The notes beneath the pieces were generated by a model, which was given only the letters and a program-made list of their open reading frames with translations, was not told the DNA's origin and searched no databases. From Octopus sinensis (taxonomy: Eukaryota): a DNA stretch of 62,679 nt. The number at the start of each line of letters is the position of its first letter. Position 1 is the first letter of the stretch. Below, piece after piece: positions 13,070 through 25,705 of the stretch. The position numbers and the translations under genes were made by a program. Where the stretch lies: assembly GCF_006345805.1 (NCBI RefSeq), contig NW_021832132.1:1-62679 (forward strand). The letters are read 5' to 3'.

Positions 13070-13860
13070 CATATATATGTACGTATGTATGTATGCACGC
13101 ATGTATGCATGTATGTATGTATGTAGTATGTATGTACGTACGTACGCATGTGTGTGTGTATGTATGTATGTATGTATGTATGTATGTATGTATGTATATG
13201 TGTGTGTATGTATATGTGTGTGTATGTATGTATGTATGTATGTATGTATGTATGTATGTATGTATGTATGTATGTATGTATGTACGTACGTACACATGTG
13301 TGTATGTATGTATGTATGTATGTATGTAAGTATATGTGTGTGTATGTATGTATGTATGTATGTATGCATGTGTGTATATGCACGCACACACACACTATAA
13401 ACTTAAAGCTATAAACCTGTAGTGGTGGATAGGTGTAGACTGACCACTCATCACAACAATATCAAATTTCAACGCCCCCCCCCATCCACGCCGAAACTAG
13501 GAAGTGATTTACGACCTTTACCCCAACGACAGAACTCTAAAACCTATTATCAGCCACTCTATATCTCAAATCCTTTTGTTTTACTATTACTTATCTTTTT
13601 TTCCCCTTACACCTAATTAGTTCAAGTTATATGTATATACGTATGTTTGTGTGTGTGTATGCACGTACGTACGCATGTACGTATGTATGTATATGCGTAT
13701 GTATGTATGTGCGTATGTGTGTATGTATGTATGTATGTGTGTACATGTACGTGCGTATGTACGTGTGTATCCCCATACGCATGTATGTATGTATGTATGT
13801 ATGTTTGTACTTAAGTGCTACGTATGTACGTGAGTATCTACAAGACCACGACCTGTAAGT
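13070..13860. repeat. (TATG)n/(TG)n arrays with a short unique spacer (13400-13625)
   Basis: Directly visible. Confidence 0.9.
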
Positions 13861-13911
13861 GCATGTGAACATACGTTCACATGCACATACAAATGTACAC
13901 ACACAGATGCG

Positions 13912-14052
13912 TCTGCAGCAGGGATCGCCACCACCCCCTGCCGGAGCTTCGTGGAGCTTTAGGTGTTTTCGCTCAATAAACGCTCACAACGCCCGGTCTG
14001 GGAATCGAAACCGCGATTCTACGACCGCGTGTCCACTGGGCCATTGCACCAC
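13912..14052 (-). mobile_element. SINE family C, 5' part
   Basis: Homologous to 4965-5150 and 17634. Confidence 0.82.
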
Positions 14053-14099
14053 CATATACATATATATATATATATATAGACACCTATCTACCTATGTAT

Positions 14100-14116
14100 C
14101 TATCAACCTGTCTACA

Positions 14117-14177
<61 letters not shown>

Positions 14178-14345
14178 GTGTATCTACCTATCTAACTAAC
14201 TATTTATTTATATTTGCGTGTGTGTGTGTGTGTGTGCATACATTCATTGCGTTCACATATATAGATATACTTGGATCTCTATATCTATTAAGTATATGTG
14301 TGTATGCATCCGAAAGTTTGTGAGCATGCTCAAAGTGAGAGCGTG

Positions 14346-14384
<39 letters not shown>

Positions 14385-14624
14385 GTGTATGTATGTATGT
14401 ATGTATGTATCTATTATGTATGTATATATACATATATACATACATACACATATACATACATATACATATATATATATATATATATATACATATTATACAT
14501 ATATATACATACATATATACACATATATGTATATATATATATATATATACATATAAATATATACATATATATATATATATACACATATATATATATATAT
14601 ATATACACACACACCACACTAATC

Positions 14625-14662
<38 letters not shown>

Positions 14663-15246
14663 AGTCGTTGCTTAGAAACTTAGAAACAGAAGCGTATTTT
14701 CACATACGAACTACAACACACACAATACGCATACATACAGAAATATTTATTTAGATGCACACAATCTCTGATCTGTATACACGCACACATTCTCTCAAAA
14801 ATTAGACACATAAACCCATTTGTTTTAATTTTCACAAATATACACACAAAGACATGCAGAAACAATATAGACTCGGTTTACATGCACACGCATGCGTACG
14901 GAGACATAAGATGAAAGTGAGCACAAAATATTTGTCGTCACACACTCGCGCACGCCGCACACACCACAGATTTTCACAGTCGTACACATTGACATGCGTA
15001 ACGCTTTCCTTATCTGCGAAGTACGGACACATGGGTGTACATTGAAAATTCCTGTTACTCTTTTATCTGTACATACGATACAGCTGTAATAAAGTATGCA
15101 ATCGCACAGAAGCATAACACGAGCACAGTTAAACACAAACGCAATCACTAACATAGACGTAGCTTCAGTCTCAAATATGTCTGTCAGCAAAAACTGTATA
15201 TACATATATATATATATATACATATATATATATTATATATATATTA

Positions 15247-15283
<37 letters not shown>

Positions 15284-15690
15284 TTATATATCTATCTAAT
15301 ATATTTATATATATATCTAATACATATATATATATATCTAATATAGTAATATATATATCTATATATTATATATATATATAAACATATATATATGTACATA
15401 TAATATGCACATATATATGCCTACATATATTATAATTATATTATATATATATATATATATATATATGTACATATGTATGCATGGATACACACATATGTAT
15501 ATGCATATTATATATATATGCACATAGGTATGTATGCATATACATATATATGCATATATATATATGTAAATATGCATGTACACATACATATGTTCTTATA
15601 CATATATAAATATGCATATACATACATATATATGTATGTGTGTGCATACGTTTGTATGTGCGTGTGTGTGTGTACGTGTGAATGTGTGTA
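14100..15690. repeat. Microsatellite cluster: (TATC)n, (TA)n, (TACA)n, with a unique spacer 14670-15190
   Basis: Directly visible. Confidence 0.9.
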
Positions 15691-17012
15691 ATATTAACAA
15701 TAATAAAATAAAGGATACAACCACCAAAACCTACTCCAGCTAAGTATCCGCGAAAATTATGAAAGTCACATTGGCCATTTGTAATGCAGACATTTGAAAT
15801 AGAGAAATTTTATGCGTTCCGTTCTCATAATCTTTTTTGCTAATTAAAACATTAAAGATAGACCTTTACGTTCGCTTTCATTTATCTCTCATTTGAACTC
15901 TGTTTATAATTTTCATGATTATAATAACTGATTTACTATCATTACTTTTGCATTCCTGCTGCAATTTCCCCCGTTGGTTTGATGTTTATAGTGTAGTGGT
16001 TCGGTTGATGTTGTTGTTACTGTTGTTGTTGTTGATGTTGTTGTCTGTAGCGGCGGCGGTGGTGGTGGTAGTGGCGGTGGTGGTTTTGGTGGTGCTGATG
16101 TTAGTGGTGTGATGTTTTAATGTGAGGCTCAGTACATGCAAACATATACATTCAATCATGCAGGTATACGTACAGAAATATCTGTATATATTCGTATGTA
16201 CTTTTTTTATATATGTATATACACAAACACACAAATATAATTATATACATATCTACATACAAATTCTTATTGACAAATGAAAATACAGAGAAATAAAGCG
16301 ACACTTAGACACACATACACATATACTTACATACATGTGGTGTGTGTGGTGTGTGTGTATGTATGTATATACTTAAACAGATATATATATATAATTATAT
16401 ATATATATATATACATACCACTTCGTATTGAAAAATGAAAACACGGAGAAATGAAGCGACACTTACAAACACACACACGCACACACACACATACATACAT
16501 AGATATATCATACACACACACACACACACTACATATATATATACAGAGAGAGAGAGAGAGAGTGAAATAGAGAGAGAGAAAGTGAGAGAGAGACATTTTT
16601 GAATATCTGTATATACTGCCATTTATATACAACTAGTTGTGCCATCACACACCACACACACATATATGTGCCTTCATAAATGCTGACATGCATACACACG
16701 TACATTACACACATACACCAACCCATCTATATACTCAAAGGAAGCCACACCTACAACAAAAAATAACAAGCTAAAAACCTGAAATGAAAGAAAAATTCAG
16801 TAATTGTCGTAAAATATTATATGATAGAATAAAATTAGCCTTTACTCTCCTTTCTCGACGTCACCTTCCTCCTGTTGCTAACTCTTAACTTTCCCATTGA
16901 TGGTTAGGAATCAAAAGTTTGCCAAACTCTGTTTCCAATTTGCAGTCTGTTCATTTTGTTTTACTCATATAAAACATGTTTATATTTTCTTTATTTTTCC
17001 CTTTCCTTTTCT

Positions 17013-17072
<60 letters not shown>

Positions 17073-17084
17073 GTATATATACAT

Positions 17085-17472
17085 AGGTGTAGGAGTGGCT
17101 ATGTGATAAGTAGCTTGCTTAAGAACCACTCGTTCCGGCTTCAATCCCACTGCGTGGCACCTTGAGCAGATGTCTTCTACTATATCCTCGGGCCGACCAA
17201 AGCCTTGTGAGTGGATTTGGTAGACGGAAACTGAACGAAACCCGTCGTATATATGTATATATGTATGCATGTGTGTGTATATGTTTGTGTCTGTGTTTTT
17301 CCTCCCAACATCGCTTGACAACCGATGCTGGTGTGTTTATGTACCCGTAACTTAGCTGTTCGGAAAAAAAGACCGATAGAATAAGTACAAGGCTTACAAA
17401 GAATAAGTCCTGGAGTCGATGTGCACCACAGTCAAATGAATGAAACAAGGAAAGAAAAATAATAAAGAGTAT
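17085..17472 (+). mobile_element. SINE family A with a small 3' internal deletion
   Basis: Homologous to 833-1233, lacking about 25 nt after ggagtcgat. Confidence 0.88.
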
Positions 17473-17475
17473 GTT

Positions 17476-17624
<149 letters not shown>

Positions 17625-17633
17625 TATATAGTC

Positions 17634-17938
17634 GAGGCGCGATGGCCCAATGGATAGGGCAGCGGACTCGCGGTTATAGGATCGCGGTTTCGAATCTCAG
17701 ACCGTACGTTGTGAGTGTTTATTGAGCGAAAATACCTAAAGCTCCACGGGGCTCCGGCAGCGGGTGTTGGCGATCGCTGGTGTAATCTTTCGCCACAACT
17801 TTCCTTCACTCTTCCTTCTGTTGGCCTGCTCGCTTAGTCAGCGGGGAGGCATCATTTGAAGGCTAAAACAATGCGAAGCGCATTGTGACCAGCGATGTGC
17901 AGCAACATCTAATAGCCTAGTCGGTCACGTGATCACGA
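17634..17938 (+). mobile_element. SINE family C with a distinct 3' tail (T3)
   Basis: A-box tggcccaatgg, B-box-like gtttcgaatctc, C central domain, then ttggcctgctcgcttag...gtcacgtgatcacg. Confidence 0.82.
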
Positions 17939-18074
17939 TGATATGTATATATATACACATACATACATACAATCTCACACATATTTATATAGGAAATTTT
18001 ATGCGTTACATTTTCATAATCTTAATAAGCCAGCAGGCGTGTATTTATATGTACATACATATATGTGCGTGTGT

Positions 18075-18143
<69 letters not shown>

Positions 18144-18337
18144 TAGACAGATACATATATAGATATACATACGTACATGCATGCATACATACATATATCC
18201 ATGGATACATCCATACGTGCATTGATACATAGATAAATAAATCACAGATAGATAAACAGACTGACAGACAGACGGACGGATAAATAGATAGATAGATAGA
18301 TTGATAGATAGATGGATAGAAAAATAGATAATGTAAG

Positions 18338-20141
18338 GAAAAAATGAAAGAGACAATGTATGATAAATCAGACCCGAAGATTCTTACATGAAAACTTTTT
18401 AGGCACATTATAATCAATCTTTTTCAAATTTTTCCTACAGTTGTTGCAATTCCTGTTATTGATGATTTTAATGCTTACGTAATACCTAGATTTTTATATA
18501 TGTTCTATGTAGATGCATATAAATGCATATAGATACATACTTATATATACATACATATACATATATATATATATATAGCTATAAACACACTCATATATAG
18601 ATATACTAATATGCATATATTTGTATATAGATATCATATTTGTGTACATGTGCGCATGCATTTATATGGCGTTCTGTAGCAAATATATTTTGCATTGGCT
18701 CTGCTTTTATTGATGAAAATATAAAGAACTGAAAATATCGACTACGTATATAATGTCAGCTGAGAATTATGCTTCCTGTACCTTTTCCTTTCATGCTTCT
18801 GTCGTTGTTAATCTTGCTGCTTTTCTACCCATAATTCTTTTGAATATTTGCAACAGTTCTCTGCTAGACCGTTATACAAGTTCATTAAGATTTTACTAGA
18901 ATCAAAGAATATAAATGTCGAAGCTAAAAACGAAAGCTCGTAAAGCTGATATTTCTTGCTGTGATAAACTGGTTCAAAAGTTTGGCATATAACTACTGAC
19001 TTTTTTTGTTTCCGTAGAAACGTTCTCATCAATGTTGGTCTATTACAAGGAAATGCTGTGTTATGAGTCGAATAAAGTATTTCAAACCAATGAACCGCGT
19101 TTCCTTTCTACAATGATACTATTATGCTCACTGGTTTCTTGTAAACATAAAACATCTCATTGGAAGTCTTTTGAAACGGATGATATGTCTTCTGTCATTA
19201 AAGAGCATTGCTCAGTGTTTATTTAGGACATCCGTATTTGATATGGAAAATATATTATGGATTCTCTGTCTTCTTTTTCATTAAGACACCAAGAAGAGCT
19301 GTTGCTCTTCGTCTTCTATTAATTAACGTGGTCTTTGATCGTTGTCTTCTCCCACTGAGCTAACCAGTAGAAGTACTCCTTTGCTCTCTCTCTCTCACGG
19401 ATACTAAGAAAGATATATTTTTTGTCATCTTTCTCATGGAGCTAATTAGAAGTCTTGTTCCTTTGCCTTCTTCCTCATTCACTTAAATAAACAATTGATC
19501 CTTTGTTCTCACTCACTGAGCCACATAGAAGATTTTGATATTTCACGTGCTTCATTAAATTAGCTAAAAATTTTATTCCAAGTTGACTCATTGATAATTA
19601 AAGCCACTGACCTTTCTATTCACTCTGCTGAGCGACCTAAAAAGGTCACTCTTATCACCCTCTGTTTTTTAACTAGTTAGTTATACTAAACCATGTAAGT
19701 CGATCTTAAAAAGCTAAGAATAATTGATCACCCACTTGTTCAGTAATGAGTACCCTTGCGACTGGACGGATACTCAATGATGATGACTTTATTGATTGTA
19801 GAATAACCTATAGGTTCGCCAGCTTCAACCTGTTAACCGGGAAGTAAGCAGAGCATCAGAGAGTCGAACGAAATGCATTGCTATATACATTCTGGTCCTT
19901 GCGTTCCGAGCTCAGTCCCGCCAGAGGTCGATTTGCTTCGAGAACAATTATAATAGTTGCGTTCTTAATATAAGGAAATCTGTTATTACCATTAGAAGAA
20001 AAAATGTAAGAGACTATGATAAATCGAACCGAGAGAATAGATCCGAAGATTTTTATACATGAACATTTTTTATGCACCAGATAATCTTAAATTTTCCCTA
20101 CTATTGTCGCTATTCCTGTTACCGATGATTTTAATACCTAG
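18338..20141 (+). repeat. Diverged ~150-bp direct repeats at 18338-18489 and 19998-20141
   Basis: Both read gaaaaaatg.aagagac...tgataaatc...ccgaagatt...catgaa...attcctgtta..gatgattttaat...acctag. Confidence 0.75.
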
Positions 20142-20825
20142 GTAATTTGTTAAGTTCAGATCATGAAGAAACATAAAAAAAAACTTATCGACCGTATTTA
20201 TTTCGTCTTTTGTGGTTCATTCATGGTGTATAAATCATTGTATTATATAAAACGTTTTCTGCCTACTTATGAGAATGCAGTGTGTGTTAGGAAAAGCATT
20301 TGGATAATATTTCAGTTAAAATTACAGCGACTATGTAGGACTTTCTTCAATGACTAATTTTATATTGATAGTTCCAGAACATGCTGGATAATTCCATTCT
20401 GTGATTAAGCTTATTTATTAGAAAATGTTTTAACATAGAAAACTTTCCAGATCGATAGTGCGCATGAAACACTTTGGAACATTCGGCTGCGGTAAAAGTG
20501 TTTCTGATTGTAAATGTCCGATTATTCCTGATTTGCCAACAGAAGTAAAATGGTCGGAATTTATAGAAATTATAGTGAGGAACAATCTAGGTATACTCTA
20601 AGTGGTCTCTCAACTTGCTGGAAATGGCAGCATGTCGTTGTAGTGGAAATAATGACGGTGGTGTTAATGATAATGATGGTGCTGGAGATAATGATGGCGT
20701 TTGTGGAAAGGGGGATGATGATGATGGTAGTTGTGGTGATAGTAGATGTAGTGATGACGATAATGGGAATGAAGATGACGAGGAAAATATTGAGGAGGAG
20801 GAGGATGGAAAGCAAGTAGTTTTAT

Positions 20826-21447
20826 TAAGTGATCTGGCAGAAACGTTAGCGCGCCGGGCGAAATGTTTTGCGGTATTTCGTCTGAATTCAAATTCCGCCG
20901 AGGTCGACTTTCTCTTTCATCCTTTCGGAGTCGATTAAATAAGTACCAGTTACGCATTGGGGTCGATATAATCGACTTAATCCGTTCGTCTGTCCTTGTT
21001 TGTCCACTCTGTATTTAGCCGCTTGTGGGTAGTAAAGAAATAGGTATTTCGTCTGCCGCTACGTTCTGCGTTCAAATTCCGCCGATCTCGACTTTGCCTT
21101 TCATCCTTTCGGGGTCGATAAACTAAGTACCAGTTACGCACTGGCGTCGGTGTAATCCCTTTGTCTGTCCTTGTTTGTTCCCTCTATATTTAGCCCCTTG
21201 TGGACAATAAAGAAATAAGTATCGTTAGCACGCCAGGCGAAATGCGTAGCCGTATTTCATCTGCCTTTACGTTCTGAGTTCAAATTCCGCTGAGGTCGAC
21301 TTTGCCTTTCATCCTTTTGGGGTCGATAAATTAAGTACCAGATAAAATTAAGTGCGCACTGGGGTCGATGTGATCGACTAAATCCCTTTGTCCCTCCTTG
21401 TTTGCCCTCTCTATGTTTAGCCCCTTGTGGGCAATAAAGAAATAAAA
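20826..21447 (+). mobile_element. Head-to-tail SINE-B trimer
   Basis: Units 20826-21042, 21043-21217 and 21221-21447, each ending cttgtgg..a.taaagaaata. Confidence 0.9.
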
Positions 21448-21630
21448 TAAGTATTTTTATATTGATGAGAGTGACACTTTGTGTTTTATGTATATGTCAA
21501 TGTATATTTGAGCGCGCACATGTTTTATGCGTGTTTGTGCGTTAGTGGATGTTTGTTTGTGAATTTCAATCCACCGCCTATTTCTTCTAACATTTACTCA
21601 GACAAGAATGACAGTCAACAGTTCAATATC

Positions 21631-21868
21631 TGTTTCTTTACTACCCACAAGGTGCTAAACATTGAGGCGACAAACAAGGACAGACAAACGGATTAAGTCG
21701 ATTACATCGACCCCAGTGCGTAACTCCTACTTAATTTATCGACCCTGAAAGAATGAAAGGCAAAGTCGACCTCGGCGGAATTTGAACTCAAAACGTAACG
21801 GCAGACGAAATACGGCTACGCATTTCGCCCGACGACGTGCTAACGTTTCTGCCAGCACGCCGCCTTAC
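21631..21868 (-). mobile_element. SINE-B, young form, with a perfect 16-bp target-site duplication
   Basis: tcaacagttcaatatc at 21615-21630 and 21869-21884. Confidence 0.92.
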
Positions 21869-22370
21869 TCAACAGTTCAATATCGATGAGACAAGTAAGT
21901 AAATCATATCACTGGCATTGTTAATTTAACTGTAAATATACACGGTTACCAACCGTGTATGTAACTAAATGTTTTGGTCAGGGACACAGTATACAGCACA
22001 GCTCAAATGACAATCTATATATACTCCATGAATCAATCATTTCGACAGCTAATGTGATTCAGTCTTCATTCGGTTAACAGCTCTTCAACGAAAATGTGAT
22101 AGTGGTGATAAATAGGACAATAGATTTGGTAATTTCCAAAAGAAGCCATTGTTTTTCTAAAATAAAGCATATCTCTCTGTGGGTGCGTGTGTGTGTCCCG
22201 TTTTGCTGGGCTTCCGTTTACCAAATTTGAAACACGACATTTACTATTTAGACCTAAACTTTAGTAAAAGTTACTTGCTCAACCCCTAAAACACGTACTT
22301 ATGCATTTTCTTAGCCAGTGAATGGCAAAAAACAAGATAGATTGTTGTCAGACCAGAAATGAATATATTC

Positions 22371-22584
22371 TTTTATTCTTTCTACTTGTTTCAGTCATTT
22401 GACTGCGGCCATGCTGGAGCAACGTTTGTAGTCGAGCAAATCGACCCCAGAACTTACTCTTTGTAAACCTAGTACTTATTCTATCGGTTTCTTTTGCCGA
22501 ACCGCTAAGTTACGGAGATGTAAACACACCAGCATCGGTTGTCAAGCGATGTTGGGGGTGGGGGACAAACACACACACAAACAT
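22371..22584 (-). mobile_element. SINE-A, 3' half
   Basis: Reverse complement of the A tail, broken at the internal microsatellite. Confidence 0.85.
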
Positions 22585-22704
22585 TTTCCTTTGGTAGTTC
22601 GACGTCTTCAGTAGCCACCGCGGTAACTGCTGAAAATTTCTGAACTGGCTCTTCCAGTGAATTTCGACCGACATATTCGTTCGAAATAAATTTATACACA
22701 ATTT

Positions 22705-23082
22705 AATCCCAGAAAACGGGAAACCTATATTTTTTTTACCTATTTTTTCCTCTCAACGAGGACAACAGTTCAAATCCCACCCCCATTGGTGCAGTGAGAC
22801 GTAAAAACGAAGCCTACAACGGTCGAAATTAAATTTTTCACACAATAATAAAAATGCGGTATCCCCGCATTTTTTTTCTTTTCCTCACAACGAGGACAGC
22901 ATTTCAAATCTCACCCCCGCTGGGGGCGTGGTGCCACAATAAAGCCTACAACGGCTAAAATAAAATTTTTCACACAATAATAAATTGATCATCCCTAAAC
23001 ACGGGAAACCTATAATATATTTTTCCTCTTAATGAGGATAAGAGTTCAAATCCCACCCCCCGACAATAAAGCCTACAACGGC
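22705..23082. repeat. Three ~135-140-bp tandem units inside an unclassified ~720-bp insertion (22585-23310)
   Basis: ttttcctc...gagga...ttcaaatc.cacccc...aagcctacaacgg recurs at about 22745, 22879 and 23021. Confidence 0.8.
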
Positions 23083-23311
23083 TTTAATAAGTTCAATATT
23101 TCAACAATTAACAAATGCAAAATTGGCTTTACACAAACAATTACTTTCTCTCGTCACCGGGGAAAAGCACAAAAATTTTCAAATTTAACATTTCAATAAT
23201 GTTCAACAGTTCGAAAATCTTCAACAATAAACAGTCGATAATTCCAACAGAAAAAATTATCCAAGGTTCAACAAAACGTGTGACTCACCGCCAAAAACAA
23301 CACGTCTAAAC

Positions 23312-23454
23312 TATTTCTTTAGTACCCACAAGGGGCTAAACACAGAGAGAACAAACAAAGACAGACAAACGTATTAAGTCGATTACATCGACCCCAGTGC
23401 GTAACTGGTACTTAATTTATCGACCCTGAAAGGATGAAAGGTAAAGTCGACCTC
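23312..23454 (-). mobile_element. SINE-B, young form, 5'-truncated
   Basis: tatttctttagtacccacaagggg...aaagtcgacctc. Confidence 0.85.
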
Positions 23455-24119
23455 ACGAGACAGGTAAGCAAGGTACTTTATTTCATTGCGCCTCCACTTT
23501 GAACAGTTATATACATAAAATAAGTACTAAACTTATATAAATAGTTAAATGTATATTAGTAGAATAAATCTGATGAACGATTGAAACTAGTAAAAACTAA
23601 AAGTACATTTAGACATAACGATTTTTTAAATGTAATTTTACATTAATAAAATTATTTACTGCCATATTCACATTGAAGATAATGATATTTACTCAGAAAA
23701 ACTGTTAAAGTAAAAAGTAAACTGCAAGTGAAAATACTTCTGTTTTATAAATATAATTGTAGAGTTTGCTATATTTTGATTTAAAAAATTCGACGTGTGA
23801 CCTACGTTATTTGCAATCGTCGTTAACAACATTTCTCAGTGCGGAGTCGTGTGAGAATAATAAAATTTCTCAGTAAATTGATATCTTGTAACTATGAAAT
23901 ATAAATTTAAAAATAAAGAATTAAGCGTTGTTATATATATATATATTATATATATATATAATATATATATATATAGATAGATAGATATATATATATATAT
24001 ATCTATATGATATTCATTAATACGTTTATATTTATGAATTTATGTTTGTAATCTACATAGAGTAATTAATAATGATTTAAAATTTTGTCACAAGGCCAGC
24101 AATTTCTTAAGAGGGAATT

Positions 24120-25705
24120 GTTTTATTATTACCCACAAGAGGCGAACATAGAGAGGACAATACAACCTGATGTGGGGTCAGATTAACGGATGGGATTACA
24201 AAATGGTGAATTTAAAAATTTACAAAAAAGACAAAATAGCAAAAAATCGAATGAGGAACAGACCGGAAGACATTACAGATGGAGTGGGAGCGGATTTAGC
24301 TCGGACCCCACGAACCCCGTCTCCCCACTGATACTTTGGTTTCGTCTAGTTTTACATTTAAGTGGTATCATCCACTCGCAACTTTCGTGCTGCATCTTTC
24401 CATCGTTCTTCATACACTCTCTTAGTCAGGCATTTTCTCTCCAGCCCTATCTTCCTTTTCATGTGAAAGCTGAAGTAATTCATCAATCCAGGGCCGGAGA
24501 TGAACTTGCCTGACCGTAAACCTTTCATTCTCGTCTTCCAAATCACCTCTTTCGCAGTTGCTACTACAACGAGAAAACAATTCTTACCTTCTTTCGCGAG
24601 GAAATCTGGTGGGTCAATTTTTATAATAGACTCAGTCGACAGCTGTACTCTTCGTGTGCTTATCGACAGCTGTTAGGCATAAACCCACACCTCAGACACG
24701 ACCGAACAATGAACTTATATGCGGGACGGTTTCCCTATCCCACTCGCATCTTGGACATATCGGACTGTCTTGGCCACCGTGCCTTGCGAGTTTATCCCGA
24801 ACAGGTAGAGCTCCTCTGTAGCATTGCCATGCCAGAGACTTCTGAAAGTTGTCCAGTGTCTTCGGCTCGAAAGTACGTCGGAACAGACTGGCCAACTGAT
24901 TATCGTCGAGACCTAGGGTTTCCCCCAAGGTATCTTCACATTCCGCCTCTACCAACCCTCTATAGAAGAATGTGGTGGAACCCCCACGGCAGGCGTTGCC
25001 CGAGCGACGGAATAGCAGGAGAGCCTTGCGACACTCCGTGTACCATGTGCCCAGTTTCGATCTACGATTCAGCCAGCTTTCCCATCCACCGAAACTAGTG
25101 AACTTGGGAAACATCAGTTTTGCGAGCGGAGACCACACCCGTTCACCATCCAGGTAGAGCCACAGATGTCTTAACCTCAGCGCATGTCTGTGCATCATCA
25201 GCCAGGGCATCCCTAGCCCACCCTTTAACGGTTGTTGACAGCAATTAGAGCGTTTCACAAGTGGTTTCCCGCCCTTCCACAAGAAGTGGAAGAGCTGTCT
25301 TTCCAACTTGATCAACCACGAATCAGGGCAAGGAACGACGGAAAGGCGGTAGGTGATAACCGATGCGATAAACACATTGGCTACCTCCGCCCTCCCTTTC
25401 AGGGATAGCCACCGCCAAGACCAGGTCTTGGTTACTGCAGCCACCCTGCTCGATACCTCGCCCCAATTCTTCTCTATTTGGAGGTCTGGACCGAACCAAA
25501 CCCCTAGCAACTTAATCGGACCCTCCGTCCAACGTCCCACGACGCTGTCAGGAGGCATCGACTTGCCTCTCCAGGTGCCGAGTTGCAAGCCGACTGACTT
25601 TTCACGATTAACTTTTGCTCCTGTCACCGTCTCGTAAACCTCTATGGCCTTGCCTACCCTCTGTAGGTGATCCATTTCGGTTACGATGATGGTGATGACA
25701 TGGTC
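24120..25705 (-). mobile_element. L1/Tx1-type LINE, 5'-truncated: ORF2 C-terminal half plus 3' UTR
   Basis: ORF 25717-24692 has post-YADD RT features (GAKVNREKS, IKLLGVWFG, LSLKGR, GGLGMP) and a zinc-knuckle region (AWQCYRGALPVRDKL..CPRC..ETVPH). After a frameshift it continues VHCSVVSEVW...ERWKDAARKLRVDDTT* to 24358, followed by a T-rich 3' UTR ending taataataaaa. Confidence 0.9.

Noticed and set aside
17634-17710. tRNA gene calls at SINE heads
   Set aside because: A/B boxes are present but continue into SINE bodies, with no complete cloverleaf.
22705-23082. CRISPR-like repeat-spacer array
   Set aside because: Eukaryotic context, long degenerate units, no unique spacers and no cas genes.
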